DNA from: Ophelia neglecta
Lineage: Eukaryota
Assembly: GCA_965285935.1 (NCBI GenBank)
Contig: OZ260661.1
Coordinates: 26,598,001 to 26,662,000 of the forward strand
Direction of reading: 5' to 3'
DNA length: 64,000 nucleotides
Shown here: positions 46,968 to 62,800 of the stretch, in pieces
How the letters are laid out: every line of letters begins with the position of its first letter
How positions within the stretch are numbered: the stretch's first letter is position 1
Translations under genes and position numbers: made by a program
Notes under the pieces: generated by a model
The model's input: the letters and a program-made list of their open reading frames with translations, nothing else
Database searches by the model: none
What the model was told of the DNA's origin: nothing

Positions 46968-49808
46968 CTTCTTTCCTCGTGAACCTATGAAGACGCCACA
47001 CATTATAGTCAAGGTGAAACATGGATTTTTCTCGAAAGTTCCCTGGAAAGGCATCAGACCGGCCAGCTCTTCAAGTAAATGTTGGTCCTGCCGATTTCTT
47101 AAATTAGGTAATGTTCCTCCAATTTCCCTACACAAAGTATCTAATTGTGTCCAGCTCGTTTTCCTGGATTTTTCCCACACCACATAATATATTGTTGATT
47201 TAGTATCGCAACAAGAACGTGTGAAATCGTGTACAAAATCAGGACGGAAAAAAAGCGATCGGTGAGGCTTCATCGGCAGAACTGCTGCCAAAGGAGGATA
47301 AAGTGTTCCGGAAAGTTCAATGCCTTTGTCAAAATGTAATATTACAACTCTACGGAGGAATTGAGTTTGTTCTGATAATTGAAAAAATGTCAATGCTGTG
47401 GTTCGGTTTACAACATATTCAAGATTCATGATAATCACGTGATATGTGTCACTCTTCACGTGGGGACTTTCCTCATCAAGTACATCATAGACCAACTGAA
47501 TATTTAGTCTACCACGATATATGATAAATATATTTGTACATGGCATTGTATTATTGAGAAGCGTGTCCATTACCTCGTGTGATTGACAAAAAACCTTGTA
47601 CCCCCCTGGAGCTTTGTTTGGTAGGCTTGCTATCAATGTACGTGGTTGGCTCATGTGTACCGGGTGAACATTATTGACCAAAACAGCTGCGTCGACGGCT
47701 GGTCTTTTCATCACGCTGTGATATTTTGGCATGTTTGCGTCATAGTTTGTTTCAATTGTAGTAGCAAAACTGTAACATAGGGGCACTAACGTAATGATAT
47801 GCTTCATTTCAGTTGGTGTATATTGGCCATAGAAATCAAAATTTAACTTTTTCCAATCACCAAGATAAGGCTGAGAACAATGTGGTGATTTCTCTGTTTT
47901 TGAGATCATCCTTGTGATGCTTTTGGTGTCCACTTCGGAGGATGGGCGGTACACTGCAAACACACATTTATCGTCCACTTCCTCATAATTTCCTATCTTC
48001 GGAAAGTATTGTAAAACTGCACACTGATGGCCATTTTGTTTGTAAGCTAAATCGATTGTGTTTACAGTGAACGTTTTATCGTAAGAAATAATTGCAAAGT
48101 TTTCTTTCACATAAATCAAGAAGGGTTTTTTGATATTCAGAAATGTGGCATTTATTCCAAATTGTAGTCGGCTTTGTTTTGCCGTAAGGACTTCATGGTA
48201 GATGCTGCTGACCCAACCAATCGAAAACATATTATAGTAAGAGGTGAGATTCGCAAATGTCATTTCATTATAGGGGTCTCTAAATATTCTTGAGGTCTTC
48301 CTGCAGGATAGATAGAATCCATGGCAACTTGATGTTTCAATTGTAAATCTGATACTCGGGTCCCAGACAGGCAACCCGTCCTGCCGGAACGAATAGTATA
48401 TCACAGTTAAACCGGAATAATATGAAATCAAATTATCAATGACTGCCATATTTGAACTAACGGATTCCGAAACTCGAGGTAAATAGCATAAAACTACAAG
48501 CGGGTTTTCAAAATCGTGAAAATAAACATTCCCAGGTTCAGCGGTCAACCATCTTAAACCTTTTCTGATGACTTTCTCGATGCGTTCTGACTCATAGATT
48601 ATCAGGCCGCTTAAATGGCAATCGTTATCATTTGGCGCAGAGGAATTAAAGAAATCCAGAGTTACATTCAATGATTGCTCGCTGGGTTTTGATTGAAATC
48701 TTAATATGCAAATAACAACATTGCCTTCGAAACAATCAGAATTTGGCAATGAAAAATGTAAGCTAGTAGCGTTTGCAAATACGTTCCTCGTGACTGCGGG
48801 AATGTTGCTCAATAAGACTTTGTATTTCAAGTAGCCCATTGTATTCGGGAAACAAACACGAGTAGTCTCGAGATCGAACAACTTCAATGCAAACTGGAAT
48901 GCAGTACTCCTGGCAAAAACTACTACCGATGTGTTATGTTGTGATTCTTGACCACTATACTGTAATGTTGCTTTTAGTTGAGAAGAAAAACTTGTCGGTC
49001 CATCATATCCTGTAACCATGATTATACAATCCTTATTGTACTTTAAAAATACCAGCCGAGACTGTATTTGAAACTCAGGTTCGGCTCGTATGACAGTTAA
49101 TGTGTTTGAATCCAATTGTAATGTCAGTACTTGTAATAAAGTCTCCATTCCTGCATATATTCTGTGGTTGCTGTTTCCTAAATGAGGTGTTGAATTCATT
49201 TTTGTAATCTGATAAGAAAGCTCGAATATACCTATTGGTTTTAGCAGAGATGAAGAGTGGACAACTCGTACAGCATTACTCTCCACTAGAACAGTCCATG
49301 GCATACGATTGCCGCAATACATCTGATTTACATTACCTTTGTAGCCATTCCAGATCAAATTCACTGCCTCCACTCGGCATTTCTGAAAACTGTACGGTAA
49401 CGTAAACTTCGTGAATGTCACATTGAGGTACATGGCTTGGTCGACCATTATGCTATATTTTTCCAATCTGGTTGAGTCTGCCTTATTCCATATTGTACCG
49501 CAAGGAGAGGCAAAAGTCCACCTAACAATTTTATGAAAACAATGCTGTGTATCACGTTTTAATCGGAAAAAAGTTGAATGCCACCTTTCTCTAAGGTTTA
49601 GTTTCCCTTCTTGTTGGGCTGTCAGTGAGTTGATCATAAGGGTCCTCATATATTCTTGTAACTTCCAAGTGCAGACGGTTTGGCATGTGGTTAACACTAC
49701 CAGTGTCAAAAGCAAATGACGTATTGCGCGTGCCATCGTTAAAATAACCCTGCTTAATCCATCTGTGTGTTGCTGGATTTTATCTTTATAAAATATTTCA
49801 GCAATCAT
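46968..49808 (-). CDS. Copy 3 exon 1 (sub-type B, 10 aa longer)
   Basis: Intact 989-aa ORF with an in-frame extra 30 bp at 48224-48253. Donor at 46968/46967. Confidence 0.85.
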
Positions 49809-52800
49809 TTAATTATATTCTTAAACATTACTTAATTATTTTCGGTATATCATTTTCACTTGCATTCAAAAATGAAGAAAACTGATATATTGAGATAATT
49901 GTGACATTTAATGCCTTTCAACTAGTTGTTCGTATTGTGATTTGACGTTCATTATGACGAGATATAGACTTCATCACATTTGAATGATATTAGATATAGC
50001 TCATATATTACATTAACGTTTGAATTAATGAAAAACTCTAGATGGCAATCACATTTATATTTAATCATTGAATCCCTTGTAGTAAGGTCATTATATCAAA
50101 TGTCGTTAATACGTTCATATTCGGTTACTTATTAACACTTATCTAACTGAGGATTTAGTTCGAGTCTGCATTTGATCTCTCTATGTAAACATGGACCAAT
50201 TTTAATAGTCGGATATTCTAGATCTGTCATTTTAGTTTTGCTCCTGTTCATCCCTTTTTTTTCTGTATTCTTCTTTGTCGTTAAGTCTGTGTTTCAGCAA
50301 CTGCATCATATGCACATAGTCAGCGATGAAGGTAAGTTTGAATGGAGTAAAATAAAGTAATTCAATTTTCGATGACATCATGTTTTACCTATAAAAGTTT
50401 GTACTCTTTGGTGTTCATCAGACAAATTATTTATATAGTTATTACGTGCTTTTTATTTACAAATGCTTATTCATTATTATTGACTATTTAAGACTAATCT
50501 TTTTCGATTTTTCTTCAAATAAGTTTTTAACTTTTCTGATGCATCTTAATGGACCTCTGAAATAATAAGTTTGCCAGGTAACATATCACTTCTTTTACCT
50601 GATGCCGATGCTAGTTCACGCCCTATGGTCAGTTTAACCCAAATATTTATTTGTGTAGAATGCCCTTTGATATCGAACGTCGACCTGGGACGTTTTTTTC
50701 TCTGGATAATAGACAATTTATCTCATTTATCTTATATGCCTGCTGTATTTGCCGATGAAAAGGAATAATTGAAGGGGAACCCCAGTTTCCATGTACTTAA
50801 GAGATTTGGTAAACATTAAATTTACAGTGTATGTATGATACGAATCGCAGTTTTGTATTCATATCACACGGAGTTCCTACTACTAAGTGGCGTGAAATAG
50901 TAATATTTGTGAAGTAAACAATGAGTGTTATGCCTGAAATTCATATAAAACAACTATGCAACGTTCTTCGGACGCCTTCATTTACTAATGTACCCATACT
51001 GTGACATTACTTCGTATCTTTTATCTTCCCAGTTGCGAATCTGCCATATGCACCATAATAGACTGAAACTTAAAGATAAAAGTACACGATACTTATTGTA
51101 TGCAAAACCTGATAGTGCTTTTCAAATTTGGAAATTCCTTACTGGATTCGCCTATCATAAGCGATGTATTACACGCTACCGCCGAGGGCCAGGAAAGGCA
51201 GCTACGTTGAGTGTGCTCTTTTAGCAGTCAAATTAAATGATAAGGAGAGGGAGATATTAAAACATAAGTGAGCTACACTAACAAGTACAAAACGGCAAAA
51301 AATACCATATTCCAGTAAAATTAGGATTTCAGACCCAGGGGCACGAAATTTGCACGCTAAAACGGACATTTTTCATATTCACAGGTAAGTACTCGACCAA
51401 TTTGTGTAATATCACACCCGTATTTAGGACTTAGTGGAATCGAATAAAGGGTTTCATCCGATTGAGGAGAGTCAAAATAACTCATCTTTCTTTGGAGACA
51501 TATATCTTTTAAGTAATCCCCTTTATTTACACGTACGTTATCTTACGTGTAGATCTTACCGAATGCATGAGCCACAGCTTCTCTGTTATCCTAAAGAGTC
51601 AAAACAACTTCAACTCTCATTAAAACTGCTCGCCTGTGGGTTCTTGTTGCCATTGTACAATACCTACGTGGCAAAAGACTGTATTGGCTTAGAGATATCA
51701 AAAATGCTTATCCTAGGGCTATGATGCAATTGCTCATATTGATATACCATCTTAAGTTGCAGATGCACGTGTTCAGTCACAACAGAAGCGTGACTGGTTC
51801 ATTTAAATAATTAGCATCTTAAGTTGCAGTTGCACGTGTTCACTCACAAGAGAAGCGTGACTGTTTCACTTAAATAGTTTACATCTTACTGCACTGACGA
51901 GGAGATTTGATACTTCTTCTTTAACGTGCAAGGAATTTTACAACCTTCTCGTGTCTTGTGTTAACCGGAGTTCCAGTACCCAACGCTGTGCTGTCGGCGC
52001 TGTGGGAGATAAATAGAATAGCACTACACTGCCCCGGTCGCAAGCCGTACCCGGTGTAGGGACCCTTTTTGGAGACAATTTCGTCATCAAAAGTCTTCAT
52101 ATTTTGCAAGAGCGTGGACCATCATTGACTGTCCAAGGGCATATTTCACCTCTGTCCTACTTTGACCACTAATACGTTTATTTTGTGTTTCGACCCGCAT
52201 CATGAAAAACAACTAACTACTTCTCGATGCAAGTGCTGCAAAATTAATGTTTTCATTCACTATTCTTTTTCAAATCCAGTATATTTACTAATTGAGCGCT
52301 AGACATATATTCAATAGCTTCTGGTTCCTGATGATTTCTGACCGATTTAATGGACTTTAATAGATTAATGATTTGGCTTTGTGTGATGGGTATCCAGTCC
52401 CGTTTTCTTACAATAGATTGTTCTCATAACTTAACAACACAAAATAAATATCGCCGGCCTTCCCAGAATATGAACAAGTATATGGCGAAAAGAGATGCAG
52501 TTTTCTCATGGGTTCGGCATTAAATGATGTTTAGCAGTAGAATCTTGCTCGGTACAGTATGCTATTATACTTTTTGAGGTGAAGGTGAAGGCCGCCCAGA
52601 TGGATACAGGCTATAAGCCACCAATTTATACAGTTTCCAATGGTGGCCATTATGAGAATCGTATTAATACCTTACATTTCTAACGATTCGGGCCATTTGT
52701 TAACGTTGCTTCATCCAATGTCCACATGACATGAACAATTCAGGTAGGCTATTTATCAATTTTCTTTGGAGGCATAAATTTTTAAGTAATCCCCTTTATT

Positions 52801-54699
52801 TAAACGTACGTAATCGGCCTATCACTCACAAGGGAGAAGCCAAACTTACTTAAAACTGCCGAAATGTTCGCTTATGATGCATTTTCGTACATCCAAAAAT
52901 AACACGTATATTACCCATTACAATCTACAATTAATGCATCAAAGCATTTGGCTACAATCACTAGTTTCTCAATGCAATATATTTATGGGCCTAGTTTCAT
53001 ATACACACAAATGTATGTTCATTTCGATCACTAGTCAATTAGCCATGACCAGGTAAAGTAAGCTAGGGAAATGAAAAAAGAATACAATTTTCTTTAAACA
53101 AAAATGAATCTGTAACCATGGCAGCCAGTTCAAATTCAATAGTATTTTTTTTGTACGTCCTGGGGTGCAAATTGTGTCATTATAAAAAAAAACCACAATC
53201 ATAACCTCATTATGACAATTGGCGTTAGTGATAAGTGGTCTGACTGACATCAATTGTAATCAACTGACATCAACTGACATCCACTGTGGACTGGTCTCAT
53301 CTACTGATATGTGGTCTAACACCATCAACTACTAAGGATTCTCATCTTTTGTAACCAGCATATTTATTAAACAGGGTGTGGGTGCTTGTTGGCCTTGAGC
53401 TAATGGTTTCTGGGGTAAATTTTTCTGGGAGCTTCCTACGGAGCGTTGTTTGTGGGCCTTCAGCTGATGTTCCAGATGATTTCGTGCTAATATCCTCTAG
53501 CACGTCAATGAAACGTAAAACGCACCGGATTGCATTATCACCCAAATGATTACACCCTGCTCTGTTAGACCAGTGGATTAACTTTAATATTAAATTCAAT
53601 GTCGTTTGCAGATGATACTTTCACTATATATTATGTTGCATATTTTTTCTTATACATGTCGCCCTTCGTAAATGTGTATTTGTATGTGTTTGTTGTTTGT
53701 TAGTGGACACGTTACAATGGTTAAATGGTGCAGCTACCAACTCAAATAACGATACCTAAAAGCTTTGGCTGAAATATTCTTCTTCCCTATTTATTAACAG
53801 CAGTTTCAATGATTCTTTCCATTAATGCCAATTCTTTTAACAACTTAAAGATCCATGGTTAACGCTGAATTCCATTTTCACATCAAATGTGGGGTAAAAT
53901 CCCTTATAACCAAAGTCGTCACTAAAGATGCTCCTGAAAAGTGTCTTGATATGTTTCCCTTTTAAAAAGATAAAAAGGGGCTTGCTATTGCCGCAGAGCT
54001 GCTCTGTATCAGAAACACCATATATTATCTAAATATGAAATAATTAGAGGCATGTGTCATGTATCCGAAATTACACACTGTTTAATTGGGGGTGTAGGAG
54101 TTAGGGATTGTAGGACAAATAAACGACTAATGGTTACAAAAATTGTTTTTGTAGAGGTATTTTTCCCAAATTTGGGGTGTGAGGGCGAAATAAATCAATA
54201 TTGTGAAAACAACGAAATGCTTAGCTAATTAGGATTTCAAAAGACCCAAAAGACATGCTGAGTGCCAGAGGTACAGTATTCTAAAAGTCGATTCTGCAAT
54301 TGTTTGTATCTCAGAAAACGAGAACATTTTAATCTCAGTACTGTTAGATTCTATCATGTCTAATAAATCGTGAAGCGTAGGTTGAACGTAGGGCAAACGT
54401 GGAGACACGTCCTGCCCACACTAGGGGAGCGGTCATGATTTAATAAGGCTAGGGGAAGTGGCAATAAGTTAACAGGCCTCTCCACCAAATACTGATCAAA
54501 AATTTACAAACCCCTTGAATCAGAGGACCAAAATCATAGCCCCCCCCCCCCATATCCCGAGCGCAACTACGCCTTTCCCAATTCTTAGTGGTTAAGGGCA
54601 GTGTTTTATTGTATAAAACGTGTCATGACACTATTACCTTAATTTTTTATTTAATCAGTATACACTATTTGCTGATTTTATTAATAAACTTTTAATACA

Positions 54700-56262
54700 C
54701 TTATTGGCTTGGTTTTGTTTCATTCATTGATTTAATTGCCATGAAATATAACAATTTAGATATTAAAATATGACAACAGTAATGACAATTTTTTGAAACT
54801 TGAAGATGATCATCCCTCCGTTATATTATCTAATTAGCTGAAGCTGCCAACACACAAATAAATATTGGGAAAGCTAACGCCATAGCATAAGAAACAGTTT
54901 GATGAGCTCTAATTATGTAACCAGATAATATTAAATGAAATGCAAGCCTAAATTCTATGCCGAAAGCGATGGTAATAGAAATATGTATATGCCTCGTCTC
55001 TCACCCCGATTGTAAGAAATAAAACACAATGACAATTAAAATTTATTATACTTTAGAAATTCAGCACACTTCAAAAATTACATAAACTAACTAAATAGAA
55101 TATTCGTAAAACTTTGTAACATCACAAAACAACAGTGGTTACAATCGAAGACAATCAAGACTATTATCCTCTATAAGTTTTGCTTATTTCACTTCCGTAT
55201 GACACTATAATGATTAGACATAACAAATTGCAATTAGAGGTATCAAAAAACTAGAAAGTTTAATTATAAAGTTAGAATGGTGTTAGCACAGTTCAGCACA
55301 CTTCAAAAATTACATAAACTAACTAAATAGAATATTCGTAAAACTTTGTAACATCACAAAACAACAGTGGTTACAATCGAAGACAATCAAGACTATTATC
55401 CTCTATAAGTTTTGCTTATTTCACTTCCGTATGACACTATAATGATTAGACATAACAAATTGCAATTAGAGGTATCAAAAAACTAGAAAGTTTAATTATA
55501 AAGTTAGAATGGTGTTAGCACAGTTCTTGTAATAGGCCGTATTTCTATTGGCAACGAATTGTTCTGACAATTAGCGGTTAAATTGTCATATGATATGAGA
55601 AAGGGAGACAACAATTATAAGATAATTGATATAGAGTAATCTCTGATCATTACATCAGCAAATCAGTAAGCTTTTATTAATATTTCAGTACAAGTTATAA
55701 TTATGATATTTAATAAAGTGTTTATTATGTGAATTGATAATAACCAATTTACCAATTCTTTACTGGGGCCATTTTGATACAGAACACTGAAACGTGAAGT
55801 TACATTCAATCAACCATCCCATCAAATTGTGTCGCTTCCATTACTCTACAATTGGAACGCTTCAATAACTGTTCAATCAATTCGTCTTTACGTTTTATAT
55901 ACAATGAGATACATAAGTGATACACTAGATTTTTCGATACATTGGAACACTTTATTGTGTCTATATTTTTTAATAAGCAATTTATCAAATATATGGAACA
56001 ACGAGGGAAATGTGCTGACAGTCATTTGGATAGCATGACATGCACTGCACTTTTTTTTCAGTTCCTAATTCAAATGTCGGGTTACATGACAGATTGTCAT
56101 GTACAGTGTTGAACGCAGATAATACAATATTTTTAATTTTCAATCGTATTAGGCATTATATTTCAACTCAAAAGGAACAATCTGTTATAATTTCGTACAC
56201 ATCACGACTAAAAATGTTATACAGCTTTTATTGCGAAACTTTATAACAAGAAAGGTGCACAC
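54700..56262 (-). pseudogene. Same putative LDLa-LRR-7TM relic in spacer 3-4 (B variant)
   Basis: Near-identical to 41271-42600 plus a 232-bp tandem duplication. Confidence 0.4.
55060..55526. repeat. 232-bp tandem duplication unique to spacer 3-4
   Basis: ttcagcacacttcaaaaatta...tgttagcacag starts at 55060 and again at 55292. Single copy near 41630. Confidence 0.95.
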
Positions 56263-56835
56263 AAAATTGTAAGACCAGAATTGCTAGTTTACAACAACTG
56301 AAAAAAATGATACATTTCAGCCACATGACGAGGGATTTAGTCCGGAAATAAATTCCCTTTAATTTTCCAAATAAACACAATCAAAATTGGCAGAGACAAA
56401 TTCATACGATATGTTTTTTTCTCCAAAATAGGATACATTAATTGTTTGAAACGTGATTCAGGTTTTTGTCTATACATTCATAAAGACAGCCAATTGGACT
56501 TAATCTTATCTTTTACTTAATCTTATTTTTTACTGAATGGAAACTGAATCACAAATCAATGAAATCACGATTTGATAAGTGGACAATACCGGCTAAAGAC
56601 ACTGCATACGAAGATTGAAAAGGAAATTGGGTTTAATCATANNNNNNNNNNNNNNNNNNNNNNNNNNNNNNNNNNNNNNNNNNNNNNNNNNNNNNNNNNN
56701 NNNNNNNNNNNNNNNNNNNNNNNNNNNNNNNNNNNNNNNNNNNNNNNNNNNNNNNNNNNNNNNNNNNNNNNNNNNNNNNNNNNNNNNNNNNNNNNNNNNN
56801 NNNNNNNNNNNNNNNNNNNNNNNNNNNNNNNNNNN

Positions 56836-59800
56836 NTATTTTTTTCGGGTACACATTCGTACCCGAATTAGATACACCAATGGGTACATCACACTAGGAA
56901 AGGGCACTACCAGCCCCGTAATCAACATTGAAGCTTTGACTGGCAACACGATACCTGCAAATACAGCTGATATCAATATAATTTCAAAAACTGTCTCACA
57001 TAGAAAAGCACATATATTAAAACCAACGTACTTGAGAAAGAGCCATATGGCATTTGATTTTTGGTGTTGTCTCCGCCCATACTGTTGAACACGTTTTTCG
57101 GAAGATCGAATCAATTGGAGCGATAACCAAATCATACGTAAAATTAGTAAACTGCATGTGATATAAAATAAAAGTACAACAGTGAGCAGTGGCAGTGTAG
57201 GCACAGACAAGCCCTGCATTGGAAACAGAAAAGAGCATGTATCGGAGAGACCAGTATCGAATGTGAGATGAAGGAAGGGGACAAAGGTTAAGAGGGCTAA
57301 AAGGACAAAAATAGAAACAAAAAGTGTTGTTAGCAACAAAACCGCCGATGTTGTTGATGAGTACGCCTTCATACGAAGACCTAATAAGTAACCACGTAAG
57401 TTGCAAGCTAACATTCCTGTGCCTACACATTTAGAAACAAGATGCAAATACCCAGCAAGTAGGCATGTGACGTTCAGCGTTCTTCTGCTGTACTGGACAA
57501 AATACTTGTCCACGATGGTATGTCTAATGGATAGCATTGCTAAATACCACCCAAACAACATATCAGACAAATGAATATATAAACGACTATAAACTAATAG
57601 CTTATTTTTAGATTTACTTGACTTCGAAATCACTGTCAGGAGGCACGCAAGCGACAGTATTTGTATTACTAAGGCGTAGCTTATCGAAATTATATTAGTG
57701 GACATAACAAGCTGAGTTCCACACCAATCAATCTGATCAATATGCCATTCGCATTCAAAACCTGGTAAACAGCACAAGAATGCGGAATCGGTTAACAGAC
57801 TAAATTTCTTCTGTAATGAATCAGTCATTAATATCTTTTGAATGGGATTAAGCGAAACGTTAATAGAAATGAGATGAAATACACCTGTGCCAAAACTATC
57901 TAAACTGAATGTAGTCAACTGATTCTGCGAAAGATTTACGAAGGTTATACTAATAAGACCATCAAACGTGTCTTTAGGTAGGAAAACGAGTCTACAACTG
58001 GAAACATCCAATGTTCGCAGTCTATTGAATCGAAGGAAAGACAATGGTGCTATTTGCTTTATCTTATTACCTCGCATGTTTAATATTGTTATTGTCTGAA
58101 ATGCGTCGATGTCGCCTTTTCTTATGTACTCTAGCATATTATATGACGCATCCAAATACATCAGAGAATGAAAATGTGTAATATTTCGGGCTTGTATATG
58201 TTCCAATAGATTATCTGACAGTACTAAATTAAGAAGCGTGTGTCCATTGTCTAAACTGGGAAATTCTAACAGGCCTCCTTCTACTTTAAGGCTTTTATAT
58301 CCCTGTATGTTTAATGTTTGGTTTGTTTGTCCGCAAATAGCTGCCGATCCCTTGCAGGTGCAGGATGTAGGACTAAGTGCTTGGTCACAATTTACTTCAT
58401 CATCCCCATGCATAAGGCAATCTACCTTACCATCGCAAATACTCATTTGATCAACACACGGACCATTTTTGCATTTCAAAAACCCCGGACATTGGTATTC
58501 TATATCCAAACATTCATTTTCGTCCTCACCATTGGGACAGTCCCTAACTTTGTCACAAAGTCGTTTTATAGGAATGCAATAGGAGCCAGGACATTTATAC
58601 ATTTGTGGGCAATGCACCAATTCACAGTAAGAGAGATGTTCCCCATTTCGACAGTGTTTCAACACACCAGTTTCTGACAGGTCGTATACACATAAGGCAT
58701 CGACATGATAACATTGTGGAAATATATTATGGCATCTGAACATCGTCTTGTCCGGGCATGCATATGGAGTCTGCGAATTTGCAGTCCTCTTCACAAAACC
58801 GAGCGCTGACTGCTCATCGTCTGGAGGATAGCAATCGGGCACCGTATCATTAACCAAAGACTTTGAAATGCTGATATTGCTACCAATACAAAGGAATTTG
58901 CCATCATATTTATTAGAGGCATTATACGGGTTCTCAGAAAGAGAAATCGCGAACGTGCAAAGTGCTTCATCCTCCCCTTCTTGACAATGAAACACATTAT
59001 CACATACAAAATCCCAGGATATATAGCCTCCAGATTCACAATGAAAATCAAAAAAGCTACACTTACAGGTATCAGGTCGACAGAGTGAACAGTCGGGTGA
59101 CTGGTCGACCCATTTGGCCCATTCATCTTTATGAAACTCATATCCTGGTGTTGAACATTCTTGACGATGGTTGATATTAACGCAAGTACCATCCCCACAT
59201 GTGTATAGAGTGTCCGAGCATTTCAATGTTGCTTCCGAAGGTAGTAGGAGATCATAGTAGATGAAAGGACGACGACAAATATCCATCAGTTGGGCATGTA
59301 CGCCAAAGTACCCTAAATAGTACAAGGTTTCATTGTCAACCTGTAGCTGGCATCCGGGATATTTGGATTTTATATCTTTAATAAGCTCATCAATTGCAGC
59401 TGTCGTTTCTGTGCTTAAACTGTTCATTGAAACACGTTTAAAGCTGTTGTGGGCATAATAATAGGCGGATGTGAGGACTTTCATGCAGACTTCACCAATG
59501 TGTATCCATCTGCTATCGCACCGCACCTTTCCAGGGTAAATCGTGCCATTATAAACTGTCAATGTCGCGTTTTGAGACCTTGCTTTGATACGAATTGCGG
59601 TTGAAAGAACAGCAATCTTAAGATCGGCTGTTCCAGGCGCCTGAACACAAAATTCATGTGTAAGGTGTCGAAGTGATTTTATAATAGTTTTTTCCAACAC
59701 AGGTAAAATTGGAACTCCATAAATATCGTCTTTATAAAATGACTTCGATAGACAGGCGAATCGTTTAACAGTGTTCACGTTCGGCTTTGAATAAAATGTA

Positions 59801-62800
59801 TGCTGAGTCAATGGAGACACATGAATCACGATTATATTTTCTTGTTGGGGTGTGCTACGGCCAGGAAATTCACTCTGACATATATTTATGTTCATTATAT
59901 ACAGCTCATCGCAGTCTATTGATACCCAATCAAAATGGTTTGTCATCAGATTAAAAATGGCCATCGTACAATACCTGCCGGCCACTGGCTCTATTTTGCG
60001 TTTGGAATGAGAGAATAAATCTGCCAATGTCTGAAATTTCTCATTTAGAGTGTCGTTTTCAATAAATCTGCTTTCAAACTTCATATCCGCTTGATGTTGA
60101 ACATTTGACCTGTACCAATTTGTGAAACTGAGCGGAAGGTTAGCCTTCCCGTGGAGCTGCAACAAGGGAAGTTAAATTATTCAAAACATACCTTAACGTC
60201 CTTTTACAAACGATATGATGCAAAAACAAATTGTCCTGGGCCTTTAATAATATTAAGATTATTTCCCATTCACGTTACAATCGTTAATATTTTGGTAAGA
60301 TGTAACAGATAGAAAATCACTTTTTAACAGCAATAAGTATATGAATATGATAGAAAGTAACGACTTTGCTCTGAGAGGAAAGGCTAGTGACTAAAAGATA
60401 TGCCCAAAATTGCATCAATCAACATCCGTCCATCGCATTAGCTATTTTTAATTCTATCCAGAATTTCCTGTCATTTTTCATATTGTTTCCTCTAAGTGTG
60501 CCTTTGAGATTAGAGTTGTTGATTTATTAAAAATTTGGAACGTATTAGATAGCCCAAAGCTAAAGATGAAATAAATAACACATATTTTAGAGAAAAAACA
60601 ATAATACCTTCTTTCCTCGTGAACCTATGAAGACGCCACACATAATAGTCAAGGTGAAACATGGATTTTTCTCGAAAGTTCCCTGGAAAGGCATCAGACC
60701 GGCGAGCTCCTCAAGTAACTGTTGGTCCTGCCGATTTCTTAAATTAGGTAATGTTCCTCCAATTTCCCTACACAAAGTATCTAATTGTGTCCAGCTCGTT
60801 TTCCTGGATTTTTCCCACACCACATAATATATTGTTGATTTAGTATCGCAACAAGAACGTGTGAAATCGTGTACAAAATCAGGAGGGAAAAAAAGCGAAC
60901 GGTGAGGCTTCATCGGCAGAACTGCTGCCAAAGGAGGATAAAGTGTTCCGTAAAGTTCAATGCCTTTGTCAAAATGTAATATTACAACTCTACGGAGGAA
61001 TTGAGTTTGTTCTGATAATTGAAAAAATGTCAATGCTTTGGTTCGGTTTACAACATATTCAAGATTCATGATAATCACGTGATATGTGTCACTCTTCACG
61101 TGGGGACTTTCCTCATCAAGTACATCATAGACCAACTGAATATTTAGTCTACCCCGATATATGATAAATATATTTGTACATGGCATTGTATTATTGAGAA
61201 GCGTGTCCATTACCTCGTGTGATTGACAAAAAACCTTGTACCCCCCTGGAGCTTTGTTTGGTCGGCTTGCTATCAATGTACGTGGTCTGCTCATGTGTAC
61301 CGGGTGAACATTATTGACCAAAACAGCTGCGTCGACAGCTGGTCTTTTCATCACGCTGTGATATTTTGGCATGTTTGCGTCATAGTTTGTTTCAATTGTA
61401 GTAGCAAAACTGTAACATAGGGGCACTAACGTAATGATATGCTTCATTTCAGTTGGTGTATATTGGCCATAGAAATCAAAATTTAACTTTTTCCAATCAC
61501 CAAGATAAGGCTGAGAACAATGTGGTGATTTCTCTGTTTTTGAGATCATCCTTGTGATGCTTTTGGTGTCCACTTCGGAGGATGGGCGGTACACTGCAAA
61601 CACACATTTATCGTCCACTTCCTCATAATTTCCTATCTTCGGAAAGTATTGTAAAACTGCACACTGATGGCCATTTTGTTTGTAAGCTAAATCGATTGTG
61701 TTAACAGTGAACGTTTTATCGTAAGAAATAATTGCAAAGTTTTCTTTCACATAAATCAAGAAGGGTTTTTTGATATTCAGAAATGTGGCATTTATTCCAA
61801 ATTGTAGTCGGCTTTTTTTTGCCGTAAGGACTTCATGGTAGATGCTGCTGACCCAACCAATCGAAAACATATTATAGTAAGAGGTGAGATTCGCAAATGT
61901 CATTTCATTATAGGGGTCTCTAAATATTCTTGAGGTCTTCCTGCAGGATAGATAGAATCCATGGCAACTTGATGTTTCAATTGTAAATCTGATACTCGGG
62001 TCCCAGACAGGCAACCCGTCCTGCCGGAACGAATAGTATATCACAGTTAAACCGGAATAATATGAAATCAAATTATCAATGACTGCCATATTTGAACTAA
62101 CGGATTCCCAAACTCGAGGTAAATAGCATAAAACTACAAGCGGGTTTTCAAAATCGTGAAAATAAACATTCCCAGGTTCAGCGGTCAACCATCTTAAACC
62201 TTTTCTGATGACTTTCTCGATGCGTTCTGACTCATAGATTATCAGGCCGCTTAAATGGCAATCGTTATCATTTTGCGCAGAGGAATTAAAGAAATCCAGA
62301 GTTACATTCAATGATTGCTCGCTGGGTTTTGATTGAAATCTTAATATGCAAATAACAACATTGCCTTCAATCAGAATTTGGCAATGAAAAATGTAAGCTA
62401 GTAGCGTTTGCAAATACGTTCCTCGTGACTGCGGGAATGTTGCTCAATAAGACTTTGTATTTCAAGTAGCCCATTGTATTCGGGTAACAAACACGAGTAG
62501 TCTCGAGATCGAACAACTTCAATGCAAACTGGAATGCAGTACTCCTGGCAAAAACTACTACCGATGTGTTATGTTGTGATTCTCGACCACTATACTGTAA
62601 TGTTGCTTTTAGTTGAGAGGAAAAACTTGTCGGTCCATCATATCCTGTAACCATGATTATACAATCCTTATTGTACTTTAAAAATACCAGCCGAGACTGT
62701 ATTCGAAACTCAGGTTCGGCTCGTATGACAGTTAAGGTGTTTGAATCCAATTGTAATGTCAGTACTTGTAATAAAGTCTCCATTCCTGCATATATTCTGT

